Positions 37,677 through 47,365 of a stretch of DNA of 64,000 nucleotides are shown here, in pieces. Source of the stretch: an uncultured bacterium. Lineage in GTDB: Bacteria > Verrucomicrobiota > Verrucomicrobiia > Limisphaerales > UBA8199. The stretch's first letter is position 1. The number at the start of each line of letters is the position of its first letter. Position numbers and translations under genes: made by a program. A model generated the notes under the pieces. It was not told where the DNA came from and did not search any database. It was given only the letters and a program-made list of their open reading frames with translations. The stretch lies in the NCBI GenBank assembly GCA_963749495.1, contig CAVVMW010000022.1, forward strand, positions 384,001-448,000, read 5' to 3'.

Positions 37677-39293
37677 ATGTCCGAATCGCGCTCGAAAAAG
37701 GGCCTCCGCTGGTGGCCCGCCGCATCAGTCCTCGTCCTGGGCGGCACTACAACGCTCTGGCTGCTGGCGCGCGGCGGCTGGTCCTTCCAGACGCGCAACC
37801 TCCAGATACTCGCGGCCTGGTTCGTTGCATTTCTCCTGCTCCTGGTCTGGTGGCTTGCCGCTTCGCGCGCACCGTGGCGCCTGCGGCTGGGCCTGGCGGC
37901 CGTGCTCGCTGCCGCCATCGGCCTGACGGCGGCGCTCTTTCGCATCAAGGGAGTCAGCGGCAACCTGGTGCCTATCCTCGAGCCCCGCTGGGCGCGCTCC
38001 GTCTCGCTTTCCCTTCCAGAGCCCGCTGTCACCCCTGATTCCGGCCCTCCGTCCTCCGTCCTCGATTTCCCCCAGTACCTCGGTCCCAACCGCACGGCCC
38101 TGCTTGACGCCCCGGCGCTCGAACGCGAGTGGAAGGCCAGCCCCCCGCGACTGCTATGGCGCCAGCCCATCGGCCCCGCCTGGTCCGGGTGGGCCATCGT
38201 CGGCACTCGCGCCTTCACCCAGGAACAGCGTCCCCAGGGCGAGGCCAGCACCTGCTACGACCTGCTCACCGGCCGCCTGCTCTGGGCGCACTCCGAGCCG
38301 GTCCATTATCACACCACCCTGGCTGGCGAGGGTCCGCGCTGCACCCCCACTGTCGTGAGCAACCGCGTCTTTACGCTTGGCGCCACCGGCATTCTCAACT
38401 GCCTCGACCTGGCCACGGGCCGGCAGCTTTGGTCCCGCAATATTGTGGAAGACGCAGGAAGCAAAGTGCCGGAGTGGGGTTTCGCCGGCTCCCCACTGGC
38501 CTTTGACGGAATAGTCGTCGTCAGCGCCGGCGGTTCCCCCGACCGCTCTCTGCTCGCTTATCGCCAGGACACCGGCCAACTCGCCTGGTCCGGCGGCAGC
38601 CAACGGGTCAATTACGGGTCCTCGTTTCTTGCCACCCTGGCCGGCCGGCGGCAAGTGCTGGCGTTCAATTCACACGAGATTACCTCCCACGACCCTGTCT
38701 CGGGCCGGGTGCTGTGGGAATACCCTTGGGGCATTGGCGAACCCCAGGCGGCCGTGCCCGTGGTGGTCGGCACCGACCGCGTCCTGTTCTCCAGCGGCTA
38801 CGGCGTCGGCAGCGAATTGCTCCAAGTCCAGCCCGGCAGCGACGGGGCACTGACCGCCCGCCGGCTTTGGAAGTCGACAAAGATGAAGGCCAAATTCGCC
38901 AACCTCGTCCAGCGGGACGGGTTCCTCTACGGCCTGGACGACGGAGTCCTGGCTTGCCTGGACCTCAACGACGGCTCGCAGCCCTGGAGGGGCGCCCGCT
39001 ATGGGCACGGCCAGGGACTCCTGGTCCGCGACCTCCTCCTGCTCATGGCCGAAAACGGCGAGTTGGTCCTGCTCCACCCGACGCCCCAATCGCCCGGCGA
39101 ACTCCATCGTTTCAGGGTGTTCCGTGGCAAGACGTGGAACCCGATCGCCCTCTCGGGCGACCTGCTCCTGGCGCGCACCGACCAGGAAGCCGCCTGCCTC
39201 CGCCTCCCGGTCCAAACTGCTGCCCGGCCTGCGCCCCCGCAGCCCGCACGCCAAGAGCGCCGACAGGGTGCATCTGAGATGTACCACCATTGA
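37677..39293 (+). CDS. Membrane-anchored PQQ-like (BamB-like) beta-propeller protein
   Basis: Three N-terminal TM helices; FPQYLGPNR, LLWRQPIG, GPRCTP, LNCLDLATGRQLW, WGFAGSP, TWNPIAL. Confidence 0.85.
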   Translation: MSESRSKKGLRWWPAASVLVLGGTTTLWLLARGGWSFQTRNLQILAAWFVAFLLLLVWWLAASRAPWRLRLGLAAVLAAAIGLTAALFRIKGVSGNLVPILEPRWARSVSLSLPEPAVTPDSGPPSSVLDFPQYLGPNRTALLDAPALEREWKASPPRLLWRQPIGPAWSGWAIVGTRAFTQEQRPQGEASTCYDLLTGRLLWAHSEPVHYHTTLAGEGPRCTPTVVSNRVFTLGATGILNCLDLATGRQLWSRNIVEDAGSKVPEWGFAGSPLAFDGIVVVSAGGSPDRSLLAYRQDTGQLAWSGGSQRVNYGSSFLATLAGRRQVLAFNSHEITSHDPVSGRVLWEYPWGIGEPQAAVPVVVGTDRVLFSSGYGVGSELLQVQPGSDGALTARRLWKSTKMKAKFANLVQRDGFLYGLDDGVLACLDLNDGSQPWRGARYGHGQGLLVRDLLLLMAENGELVLLHPTPQSPGELHRFRVFRGKTWNPIALSGDLLLARTDQEAACLRLPVQTAARPAPPQPARQERRQGASEMYHH

Positions 39294-39330
39294 ACGGGAG
39301 AACGGGGGGCATGACTCCATCCCGTCGAAC

Positions 39331-39611
39331 TCATCCCGGAGGGATGAAAGAAGGTAGTCTTCTGAGCGTAGCGAGACCCCCGGTAAGGCAACGGCAGATG
39401 TCTGCATCCCGGGGGGATGCCAGAAACGGGTGCGAGCCACGCCGTGCGGCTTCTGGCACCCCGTTCCGGGGTGCATGACCTCCTCTCGCTGCCAACCGGG
39501 GGTCGCGAGGGCGTCGCGACCCCCGGCTACCCTCTGGCAACCCTCCGGGTTGCGGCGCACGCGCACCGCCTTGGGTACGTCCGCTCCTGTGCCTGGGGTG
39601 GTGCAGGCAAG
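39331..39611. repeat. REPIN family B, second copy
   Basis: Collinear with 2772-3060, including spacers. Confidence 0.85.
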
Positions 39612-39694
39612 CTGCGCCGGGCGCCGACAAATCCTCCAAGAAATCGCTTGCGCTCTGGGCAAGGCAGGGCATTATTATCCCGCCTGCTGGAGAT

Positions 39695-39771
<77 letters not shown>

Positions 39772-39775
39772 ATTT

Positions 39776-39804
39776 GCCCCCTGCAACTTACGCAGTTGCA
39801 GGGG
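39776..39804 (+). terminator. Hairpin after the tRNA
   Basis: cccctgcaact-tacgc-agttgcagggg; poor U-tract. Confidence 0.55.
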
Positions 39805-39940
39805 TTCCGTCATTTGGCCCCAACCCGAGCCAAAACCCATGGAACCCCATGAAAACCCATGAAACTCGAGAAAATCTTGCTACAATCTTGCTACAGAATT
39901 TGGGGGTTTACGGCCCGTTTTCTCGATCACCAGCGGCAAC

Positions 39941-40195
39941 ATGAGACCAACCCGAACCCAACGGCCGATTGTCCATGGCGAGTACAACCACAACGGCTAT
40001 GAAATCTGGTGTGGTGGGCAGGTCGTTTACTCGGCCGGCAACCACGTCCAGGATTCAACTCAACACGCCACGACCAAACAGGATCGCCTTCCATTAAAAA
40101 CCATCCGGAGGTTCTGCATCAAGACCGCCCACGAGATTGCCGAGGAGCAGAACGGGACCTTTGGCGGGGTGGAGCAGGTAGAGGAGGAACGATGA
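39941..40195 (+). CDS. Island hypothetical protein
   Basis: 84 aa; ATGA-coupled to the next gene. Confidence 0.7.
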   Translation: MRPTRTQRPIVHGEYNHNGYEIWCGGQVVYSAGNHVQDSTQHATTKQDRLPLKTIRRFCIKTAHEIAEEQNGTFGGVEQVEEER

Positions 40196-40431
40196 AAATC
40201 AACAAAGTCACCTGTGGATTCGTCATTCAGACCTGGGATACGGACCTGAAGAAGTGGACTGGGCAGGAATTTGTGGCCGGAGACCTGACAGAATATGAAC
40301 AGGAAGGCACCGGGCGAATTCTTGGCCCCGGTGAAATCTGGCCCGACACGCCTGAACCGTACCTGCCCTTCCTCATGGTGCAGCCGGAAGACATTGCCAA
40401 AGAGCAAGGTGAAAGCAGCAGCACCGCCTGA
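40192..40431 (+). CDS. Island hypothetical protein
   Basis: GGAGG RBS; MKINKVTCGFVIQTWD..QEFVAGD..YLPFLMVQP. Confidence 0.75.
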   Translation: MKINKVTCGFVIQTWDTDLKKWTGQEFVAGDLTEYEQEGTGRILGPGEIWPDTPEPYLPFLMVQPEDIAKEQGESSSTA

Positions 40432-40498
40432 ATTGTCCCGTCAGAAGTGTGGCGGGAGTTCACTTGCATCAAAGTCAACCATCAACCACAATCAGACC

Positions 40499-40672
40499 AT
40501 GGAAAAGAAGACGAAGACCGTTCAGTTCGAAAAAGAGAAAGACACCAAGAACACCGTGAAGTTCGCCGAGGTCCAGACCCAAGGCGAAGCTCCCATCATC
40601 GGCAGCCTCTACGTCCAGAAATGGTTCGCCGGGGATGCCACCAAACTGAAAGTCACGGTCGAGGTGGAGTAG
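40499..40672 (+). CDS. Island hypothetical protein (57 aa)
   Basis: FEKEKDTKNTVKFAE..IGSLYVQK; AC-rich leader. Confidence 0.75.
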   Translation: MEKKTKTVQFEKEKDTKNTVKFAEVQTQGEAPIIGSLYVQKWFAGDATKLKVTVEVE

Positions 40673-40756
40673 CCGAGACCGAAATCAAAACCAACCGACC
40701 AGAGGCGGGTACTAACAATGCCCGCCTCTTGCCGTCATGAACCAAAGGCAAGAACA

Positions 40757-40954
40757 ATGACACCAGACCAAAAACTCGAACGCGCCCTATCTCTGCTCGC
40801 AGAAACCACAACGGTAGTGCGCGACCTCTTCTGCGGCTATCCGCCTCGAGAATGTGGCACGCACCCGGTGGATTGCGTGACTCAGAACAGGGAGTTCTTT
40901 GAATCCATCGGCGAACTCGGAGACGAAATGCGCGAAACCTGGACAATCCAATGA
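40757..40954 (+). CDS. Island hypothetical protein
   Basis: ATGA overlap with the next gene. Start is uncertain (40718 or 40757). Confidence 0.6.
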   Translation: MTPDQKLERALSLLAETTTVVRDLFCGYPPRECGTHPVDCVTQNREFFESIGELGDEMRETWTIQ

Positions 40955-41190
40955 CCGACCGAACATTCCACCGCACCATCATCCAGGTCGAGGTACTCTC
41001 CGAATCCCCTATCGGTCCGGTCGCCTTGGACACGCTGCACCACATGATCACGGAAGGGGACTGCTCTGGGAAGTTGACCACGGTGCTTGAGGAGGAGTTA
41101 AACGGAAAACAGGCCGCCGAGGCTCTGCTCAACCAGGCCAGCGATCCCTCGTTTTTCAACCTGACGGAGGACGGCCATGACCTTGACTGA
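40951..41190 (+). CDS. Island hypothetical protein
   Basis: FHRTIIQVEVLSE..GDCSG..QASDPSFF; coupled to its neighbours. Confidence 0.72.
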   Translation: MTDRTFHRTIIQVEVLSESPIGPVALDTLHHMITEGDCSGKLTTVLEEELNGKQAAEALLNQASDPSFFNLTEDGHDLD

Positions 41191-41431
41191 CGAAACCGAA
41201 ACGACCAGGCGAGCACTTTTGGTCCGCATCAATTCAGAGGCTGCCGAACGTGCTACCCTGGAAACTCGACATGGCCGGGTCTGGAATGGAGCTGAGTTGG
41301 CCACGGACTTCGACGTGCTGGGATTCGTTGCCCCGCTCGTTGTGGTGAAACGAAAAACAGACCGCAAACTGGGGTCACTCCTGTTCCAGCACCATCCCCG
41401 CTACCACTTCGCATTCAAGGAGGACAAATGA
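41177..41431 (+). CDS. Island hypothetical protein
   Basis: FDVLGFVAPLVVVKRKTDRKLGSLLFQHHPRY; GGAGG RBS. Confidence 0.75.
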   Translation: MTLTDETETTRRALLVRINSEAAERATLETRHGRVWNGAELATDFDVLGFVAPLVVVKRKTDRKLGSLLFQHHPRYHFAFKEDK

Positions 41432-41715
41432 AACTGAAAATCATCACCTTCACCGTTCAAATCCAGGCCGACATCAACGAGCGGCCTGGCAGCAAAGAGA
41501 AAATCGCCACTGAACTCTGCGAGGACATCAACCGCATCCTCACCAAGTACGACGGGATGCTGGGTGGGGCGCAGATCATACCAAAACCCAATGACATCAA
41601 AATCACCTCGACGCCGAAGGATTACGGCCTCAAAACCCCGATCCTCGGCGCCGGGCATTCAGCGAAACGTTGCCTTTGTTCGGATTTTGGTTGCAACTCG
41701 CCGTCCATCTGCTAA
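41428..41715 (+). CDS. Island hypothetical protein
   Basis: AAGGAGG RBS, ATGA overlap. Confidence 0.6.
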   Translation: MKLKIITFTVQIQADINERPGSKEKIATELCEDINRILTKYDGMLGGAQIIPKPNDIKITSTPKDYGLKTPILGAGHSAKRCLCSDFGCNSPSIC

Positions 41716-41724
41716 TATCCTCGC

Positions 41725-42370
41725 ATGGCATCTGCAAAAATCTGTTATTGGTGTGGTGGAAAGGCGTCGTCCGTGGACCACGTGCCCTCGAAAGGGATAT
41801 TCCCTGCCAATAAGCGCACCAACCTTATCACGGTGCCAGCTTGCGAGGCGCACAATCAGCAATTGGGGAGGTTCGACGAGAAATTCCGGTTTTACCTCCA
41901 AGGCCGTGGGACAAACCTAGATGCGCTCCAGGAGTTCAAGACCACGACGTACCGAGGGCTCACGAACCCGAAGGCGTCCGGGTTGGTGAAAGGTTTGGCA
42001 AAGGGTGCTGTCCGGATCAAGTTAGGTTCGGCCTTCACCTACGCGCTCCAGATCAATCCTCATGAGCAAAACCTCTATTTCGAGAAGATTATCCGCGGTC
42101 TCTATTTCCACATCGTTGGCACCCCAGCCGGAGGAACGGCATTCAGCTTTTCCAAGGATTTCATGATGCCTGGGCTTGACTATGTCGAGTTGCACCGACT
42201 GCTCGATGAATATCTTAATGACCCTGCCTTCATGAAGGAGGCCAAGGTAGGAAACCCGGACATCTTTCGGTTCAGATATGGTCGCGCACGAGAAGATGAT
42301 CGTGAGATCTTCGTGGTCGCTATGCTCTTTCTATCAGGGGGTCGAGGTAATTGGCTGCCTCCAGAGATAG
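41725..42370 (+). CDS. HNH endonuclease-like protein (probable indel near 42331)
   Basis: CYWCG..DHVP..LITVPACEAHN. The natural end (..MLF/YQGVEVIGCLQR*) is in a shifted frame, so the ORF-track extension to 42765 looks artefactual. Confidence 0.7.
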
Positions 42371-42802
42371 AGCAGAGGGGAGCGACCAGCAGTTGGAGCA
42401 GAGCCGCTATTCTAGCGTGGGTGGAGTGCCATGGGTTGCGTGTGTACCTCTGCACCTACTATGGCACCGCAGTTGTTGTTCAGATGCCACAACCACCCGA
42501 AGGCGTCATAGAGCGCGAACCCCCAACGCCAAGCGGCCATGCAATCCGTGAACCTGGGTTGAGGCATATTCGTCACGATATGCCGTTCACGTCGGTTTCT
42601 CGATCAAGGTCCTCGGCTCCCATTCCCCGCTGCCGCCCAGAATCCAGCCAAAACCCCATACCCCTTGGACCGGCAGCATCGAGAGAGTGGTGGAGCAGAT
42701 TTTGGAGGCATGTCGCGTGGCAGTGGCATATTCGCTATAATATGCCATTGAGGGTGCTCTTTTGATCTTGGCGGCCGTCCGAAATTCCTGGTTTCTGGCT
42801 AT

Positions 42803-43046
42803 ACCCCATACCCCTTGGTGCGGCGTATTCATCAAGCAAGCCAGGCAAAGGCCACTCTTCAAAAACACCAATAAAAAGCCGATAAAGCCGATGAAGCCGA
42901 CCTCTCATAAACTTATTGAAAGACCTTTTTTCTTCCAGGTCTCCTTTGGTTATTTTCTGAAGGGTCGGCTTTATCGGCTTTATCGGCTTTTCTCGGCTTT
43001 TCCTGGGCTTGCTTGGTGGATTCATGGTTGCCCAGGGGTATGGGGG
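42803..43046. repeat. Large imperfect inverted repeat with 9-bp iteron-like units (candidate origin)
   Basis: Both arms contain ccccatacccct, caagcaagcc.agg and three to four AAGCCGATA units, around an AT-rich core (42903-42961). Confidence 0.75.
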
Positions 43047-43054
43047 CGCTTGCA

Positions 43055-44821
43055 TCAGCTTGACCTGGCCGAATCGAGACCGGTTGGAGGAATCGGCGGC
43101 GGGGTTGTGTCTGGGGCAGGCGTTGGTTGAGGCTGACCGGCGGCATTCACCAGGCTGAAGGTGTAGCGGTTCAAGGTCACGGGATTGCCTGCCTCCGTTC
43201 GACCCCGTTCCTGCTGGCGTACGACCTTGAAATCCTCGAAAACGACCTCCTGACCCTCCTTGAACAGCGCGCCCATGATCTTGCCAATTTGCTGCGGCCC
43301 TTGCTCCACCGTCTGGTTTTCCGGGGACAACCCTGGGATCTCAATGTCCTCTTCCAGGCAGATTTGAGCAATGTCACTGGCCGAAATTCGTTCGTTGAGC
43401 TTCTGCTGTTCGTTCAATTTGATGGCCACAGCCCGCAGGAAGCTCAAGTTGGGGTTGGCCGCACGTTGCTTGGCCTCCTGGTGACCGTCCATCAGCGCCG
43501 CCTCATGGAAGATGTTCTGCACGATCCAATCCAACACCTGGCACCATTCCTGGAAATCGTCGCTGGTTTCGTTGGTCCTGGGCTTGCCGCGCCGATGCCA
43601 TTCCTCCACCACGGCAAAGACCGAGCCCATCAAGAGCGGTTGCCACGAGAACATGAGCTGCACCAGGTCCTTCCCGTCCATGGTTCGAAACTGGTAATTC
43701 TCGCGTTTCCTGATGCGAATGATCGACGCCCGGTTCGTCAGGTCCTTGGTGGCCTCGAACCCGTTGGACGAGATGAACAGGATGAATTTTGACGGATCTA
43801 TAGTCACGGGGGGCATGAAAGGGATGCGTGCCACTACACTACCCTCAGCCGTCAGAAACGACTCCAGGAACTGACTGTCCAGCTTCCCTCGTACATTGTT
43901 GATCTGAATAAAAACTTTGCCCCGAATGAGATGGTCGCTGAAGGTTTCCTCCATCGAGCCTACACCCCCAGATTTCTTCGTCACAACCGCCAGCTTCTGA
44001 TTATAGAGCGCCGCCACCATCCTCTGCCGGTATGTTTTCCCGGATTGGCTGGCATTGGCTTCGGCGACATCCACCGGCACAGGCCCCTGGATATGGCCCC
44101 CCAGCTTCAAGGCCGGCGTCAACAGGGAGGCAATGGCACGAGAGCGGTCCCCTGGTGTCACGAAATCGAAATCGCGGAGCAGGCCCGAGATCAATTCGAC
44201 CGCCTCTTCCACCTGCACCGTTTCCAGACGTTGCGCGATTGCCACGAAAAACCCCGTCGTCTCATCATAACCTTGGTCCACCCGATGCAGCCGGCCGTCC
44301 GTTTCCACCATCAATGGGCAATGGAGCACGCCGTTGAGCTTGGGCAAAAGGTTTCGGCAGGCTTCGGACTTCAAATACTGCTTGGCTATCGTCTCGCTGA
44401 TCGTGGTTGGCACAGGCATGTACCGCTCGCCCACCTTGGTCGTCTTGAAAAACCGCACGTATTTCTCAAACCTGGACTGGGCCGCCACTGCATTGAGGAC
44501 ATCAACCGTGTAGCCCTCCCCCTCGTTGATCAGCTCCACCACGACGCCTCCTCGATAAAACAACTGCCTCCTGGGGGCAATGGCCGTGAACAACTGCTCC
44601 GCCGATTCCGTAATCGTGACTGCGCCTCCAGGAATGGTGACATTGGCCACAGGATCGGCACGCCCCTGGTCGCCGCCTTCGTGCCTCAAAAACTCCCGCG
44701 CTGCCCTCTGGGTGCCTGGAACAGCGGCAACGGGTCCAGGCGCGTCAGGCATGGGCGGTGGAGGTTCCGGGGATGAAGCGGCCGGTTGACTCGGATTCTG
44801 CGGATGTCGTCCATCAGGCAT
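43055..44821 (-). CDS. Mobile-element replicative helicase-like P-loop NTPase (primase-associated type, no recognisable primase domain)
   Basis: GYDETTG, LLRDFDF..DRSRAIASLLT, Walker A ANASQSGKT, IQINNV, FISSNG, DLTNRASIIRI. Confidence 0.65.
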   Translation of the reverse strand: MPDGRHPQNPSQPAASSPEPPPPMPDAPGPVAAVPGTQRAAREFLRHEGGDQGRADPVANVTIPGGAVTITESAEQLFTAIAPRRQLFYRGGVVVELINEGEGYTVDVLNAVAAQSRFEKYVRFFKTTKVGERYMPVPTTISETIAKQYLKSEACRNLLPKLNGVLHCPLMVETDGRLHRVDQGYDETTGFFVAIAQRLETVQVEEAVELISGLLRDFDFVTPGDRSRAIASLLTPALKLGGHIQGPVPVDVAEANASQSGKTYRQRMVAALYNQKLAVVTKKSGGVGSMEETFSDHLIRGKVFIQINNVRGKLDSQFLESFLTAEGSVVARIPFMPPVTIDPSKFILFISSNGFEATKDLTNRASIIRIRKRENYQFRTMDGKDLVQLMFSWQPLLMGSVFAVVEEWHRRGKPRTNETSDDFQEWCQVLDWIVQNIFHEAALMDGHQEAKQRAANPNLSFLRAVAIKLNEQQKLNERISASDIAQICLEEDIEIPGLSPENQTVEQGPQQIGKIMGALFKEGQEVVFEDFKVVRQQERGRTEAGNPVTLNRYTFSLVNAAGQPQPTPAPDTTPPPIPPTGLDSARSS

Positions 44822-45115
44822 ACCCTGAATATGGACGATCCGGGCTTTCTGACAACCAAAACGTTCCCGGCTCGGCCCTGCTCATTACAACAACTCGCCC
44901 TGATTCTCACAGTTACGCCCTTTCGAGCTGGAAAACGCCTGGATTGCCGCTCAGAGCGACCGCCCCCCTCATCCGCCCCTATAACGCATCCGGTGCATTC
45001 TGGTCGTTGTCAGGGCCGTTTCCGGTCGAGATCCTGCACCGGATCAGCTCATTTTCGGCCGCCAGTCAATTTCCAACAACTCCAATTAACCAATCAACAA
45101 TCAACCAAAACGAAC

Positions 45116-45346
45116 ATGACCACCACAATATCTTTTCAACCAGACGGCACAGCCCGATGTCTTTGGACCGAGGCTCTACCGCTACATGAACTCGGCCGGC
45201 TCGAAATCACCCGCGCCAGCAACATCGAATTCAACAACGCCACCCAACAATGGGAAGTCAAGGACCAGAAAGGCAGAGTCCGCTTCTTCTCCAAGTCCCG
45301 GTCTGCCTGCCTGGAGTGGGAGCAAGAAAACCTGCAACCGGATTGA
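45116..45346 (+). CDS. Small island protein (76 aa)
   Basis: ISFQPDGTARCLWTEALPLHELGRLEITRASNIEF..RSACLEWE. Confidence 0.75.
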   Translation: MTTTISFQPDGTARCLWTEALPLHELGRLEITRASNIEFNNATQQWEVKDQKGRVRFFSKSRSACLEWEQENLQPD

Positions 45347-45398
45347 AGGGCACCAGGCACCGGGGCAAAACGGGACCGCCATGTTGCCCCTTGCCTGC

Positions 45399-46502
45399 CT
45401 AATGGTGATTGCGGTAAAGCTCCGTGGTCAACAAGGCTGGGCGGCGCAGGAATCTCTCAATGCACTCCTTGTGGTTGTAGCGGTAGATGATCTCAACCAG
45501 GGGACGGTAGTAGCGCCCAAAGCTCTCGAAATAGCGCCGGTTAAGCCAGCGCAGGTACTTCTCCCAGTTCTGGCCGTTGCTGCGGAACGTCAGCCGGATA
45601 ACTTCGTCGAGATCCATATCGAAAAAGTCAGTGGACAACCGGCTCGGAATACCCCCTATCGGCCAGTATTGTTGGAAGAAAGGGATGAGGCCAAGACGCC
45701 GCAGACACCGCCACCGGACATAATCCTGGCTGAGCGTGGTGTCGAATCCGTACAGACAGACAACCCCCACATGGTCCTCGCCAAAGCTCTTGAGCATCTG
45801 CCGGCGTTCCTCGAACAGCCGCATCGAAGACGGTTGATTGAGGCTGAAATAATACATGCGCTTGTTGAAGGCGGCGTTGCGGGAATCCACTCGGAGCAGC
45901 AACTGGTGTTTGGTCTCGTCCAGATAGGCGATATCGAGGGTTTGGCTGAAGTTGACAGCGTAACGCCGTTCGGCCATTTCCTCCAACAAGAGGTCAGCGC
46001 CCTCAAACGCGAGCAGGTTGTCGTCGAGCAGCAGTACACGGTCTTGGCCGCGAGGAACGAAATCAGCGAAATCCCCGACTTGCCGAATACTCCGTCCTTC
46101 TTGAATTGGCACCAGGCAGAAAGGGCATCGCTTCTTGCAGCCACGCGTCAGGAACCCCAACGCATATTGATGGTGGCGGTAGAGACTGTAGTCCGGAAAG
46201 CACGAGTCAACCTCTGGGGGCAGGCGCTTCGTCAGGCTAGCTCCTGGACCGCCAATCTCCAGGCGAGAACCACATTCCGCCTTCAGAAGGGCCACTCGCC
46301 GGCCTGATGTTTCTCGGTAAAAGACGACGCTGGCAAAGTGCAAATCGCCATCCCCGCAGTTGGGTGGCAGCTTTGACGCCCTGACCAGAACGCGGTCAAC
46401 AGCACATCCGCGAGACCGGTAGTAGCTGCTCAATTTCATCAGCGCCAGGTTCGGGATGCGACCGTCAACGTCATAGAGTTTTACACGAGGTCTTTTCGCC
46501 AC
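45399..46502 (-). CDS. Radical SAM protein (phage/mobile-element type)
   Basis: DVDGRIPNLALMKLS, IGGPG, TRGCKKRCPFC (CxxxCxxC), LLDDNLLA. Confidence 0.82.
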   Translation of the reverse strand: MAKRPRVKLYDVDGRIPNLALMKLSSYYRSRGCAVDRVLVRASKLPPNCGDGDLHFASVVFYRETSGRRVALLKAECGSRLEIGGPGASLTKRLPPEVDSCFPDYSLYRHHQYALGFLTRGCKKRCPFCLVPIQEGRSIRQVGDFADFVPRGQDRVLLLDDNLLAFEGADLLLEEMAERRYAVNFSQTLDIAYLDETKHQLLLRVDSRNAAFNKRMYYFSLNQPSSMRLFEERRQMLKSFGEDHVGVVCLYGFDTTLSQDYVRWRCLRRLGLIPFFQQYWPIGGIPSRLSTDFFDMDLDEVIRLTFRSNGQNWEKYLRWLNRRYFESFGRYYRPLVEIIYRYNHKECIERFLRRPALLTTELYRNHH

Positions 46503-46645
46503 GTGCCGACTTTAGCAGGGGACTCATCCTGGCGCAAAGCCGATAGTCGCATCGTGTCCTGAACAAACGCATCTCGACAGGCAAAGGGGCGACTTCTGCT
46601 CCAGTACATCAACCACCAAAACGAAAGGAGAACACCCTCATCAGA

Positions 46646-47038
46646 ATGAACATCTTCGAATTCCAGTTCAGGTGGGGCGGAAAACGTTCATGCTTCGGCA
46701 TCAACGTAAACGCCTCCACCATCGACGAAGCGGTCACCAAAGCCAATCGCTTCTTCAACAGCGATGACGCCACGATCTCTCCCGTCAACCATCCTGACGC
46801 CGAAAGGCTCTGGATCAACGTGGCTGCTCCGGTAACGCCCAGGAACATCGCCTCCATTTACGGACCTCTGGGCAACGCTGAGTGCCGGGATTACACAGTG
46901 GCTCAATGGCGTAAGGCCTTCCAGGTCCAATGCTCGATCTGCCACTTGCCTTGCCTTGGAGAATCGGCCCACTTGCATCAGGGAAAATGGATATGCCAGG
47001 AGAGATGCTGGGATGACCGGTTGAAGGCGTCTGAATGA
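46646..47038 (+). CDS. Island hypothetical protein with C-terminal Cys/His cluster
   Basis: CSICH..AHLHQGKWICQERCWDDRLKASE; preceded by the conserved leader. Confidence 0.7.
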   Translation: MNIFEFQFRWGGKRSCFGINVNASTIDEAVTKANRFFNSDDATISPVNHPDAERLWINVAAPVTPRNIASIYGPLGNAECRDYTVAQWRKAFQVQCSICHLPCLGESAHLHQGKWICQERCWDDRLKASE

Positions 47039-47074
47039 TGAAGAACCAACAACAACGAAAGGAGAAACCCAACC

Positions 47075-47365
47075 ATGATCTGTTCAAAATGCAACCAGGC
47101 CTTTGATTCGCTCCTGGACGATGGCCGCTGTGAAGACTGCCACGCCCAAGCCGATGACCGGAGGCTGGAGATTATCAACTTGGCCCGACAACAACGCCAG
47201 GTCGAAGGTGCGGTTGAAATTGACGACAACGCCCAACTCAGCGAGGGCAACGACAACGGCTGCTATGTGCAAGCCTGGGTCTGGGTCAGTTTCTCCGGCA
47301 CCCCATTCGACAAAGAGAAGGAAGAACACGATGAACACCACCAACCAACAGAACCAGGCAGATAG
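47075..47365 (+). CDS. Island hypothetical protein, N-terminal zinc ribbon
   Basis: CSKC..CEDC; EIDDNAQLSEGNDNGCYVQAWVWV. Confidence 0.75.
   Translation: MICSKCNQAFDSLLDDGRCEDCHAQADDRRLEIINLARQQRQVEGAVEIDDNAQLSEGNDNGCYVQAWVWVSFSGTPFDKEKEEHDEHHQPTEPGR

Noticed and set aside
36597..39293. 898-aa MarC/PQQ fusion ORF from the ORF track
   Set aside because: Artefact of one extra base near 37311. MarC (37008-37674) and the propeller gene (37677-39293) are separate.
41725..42765. 346-aa version of the HNH protein
   Set aside because: The part after about 42330 runs through non-coding repeats, and a one-base shift gives a natural end at 42370.
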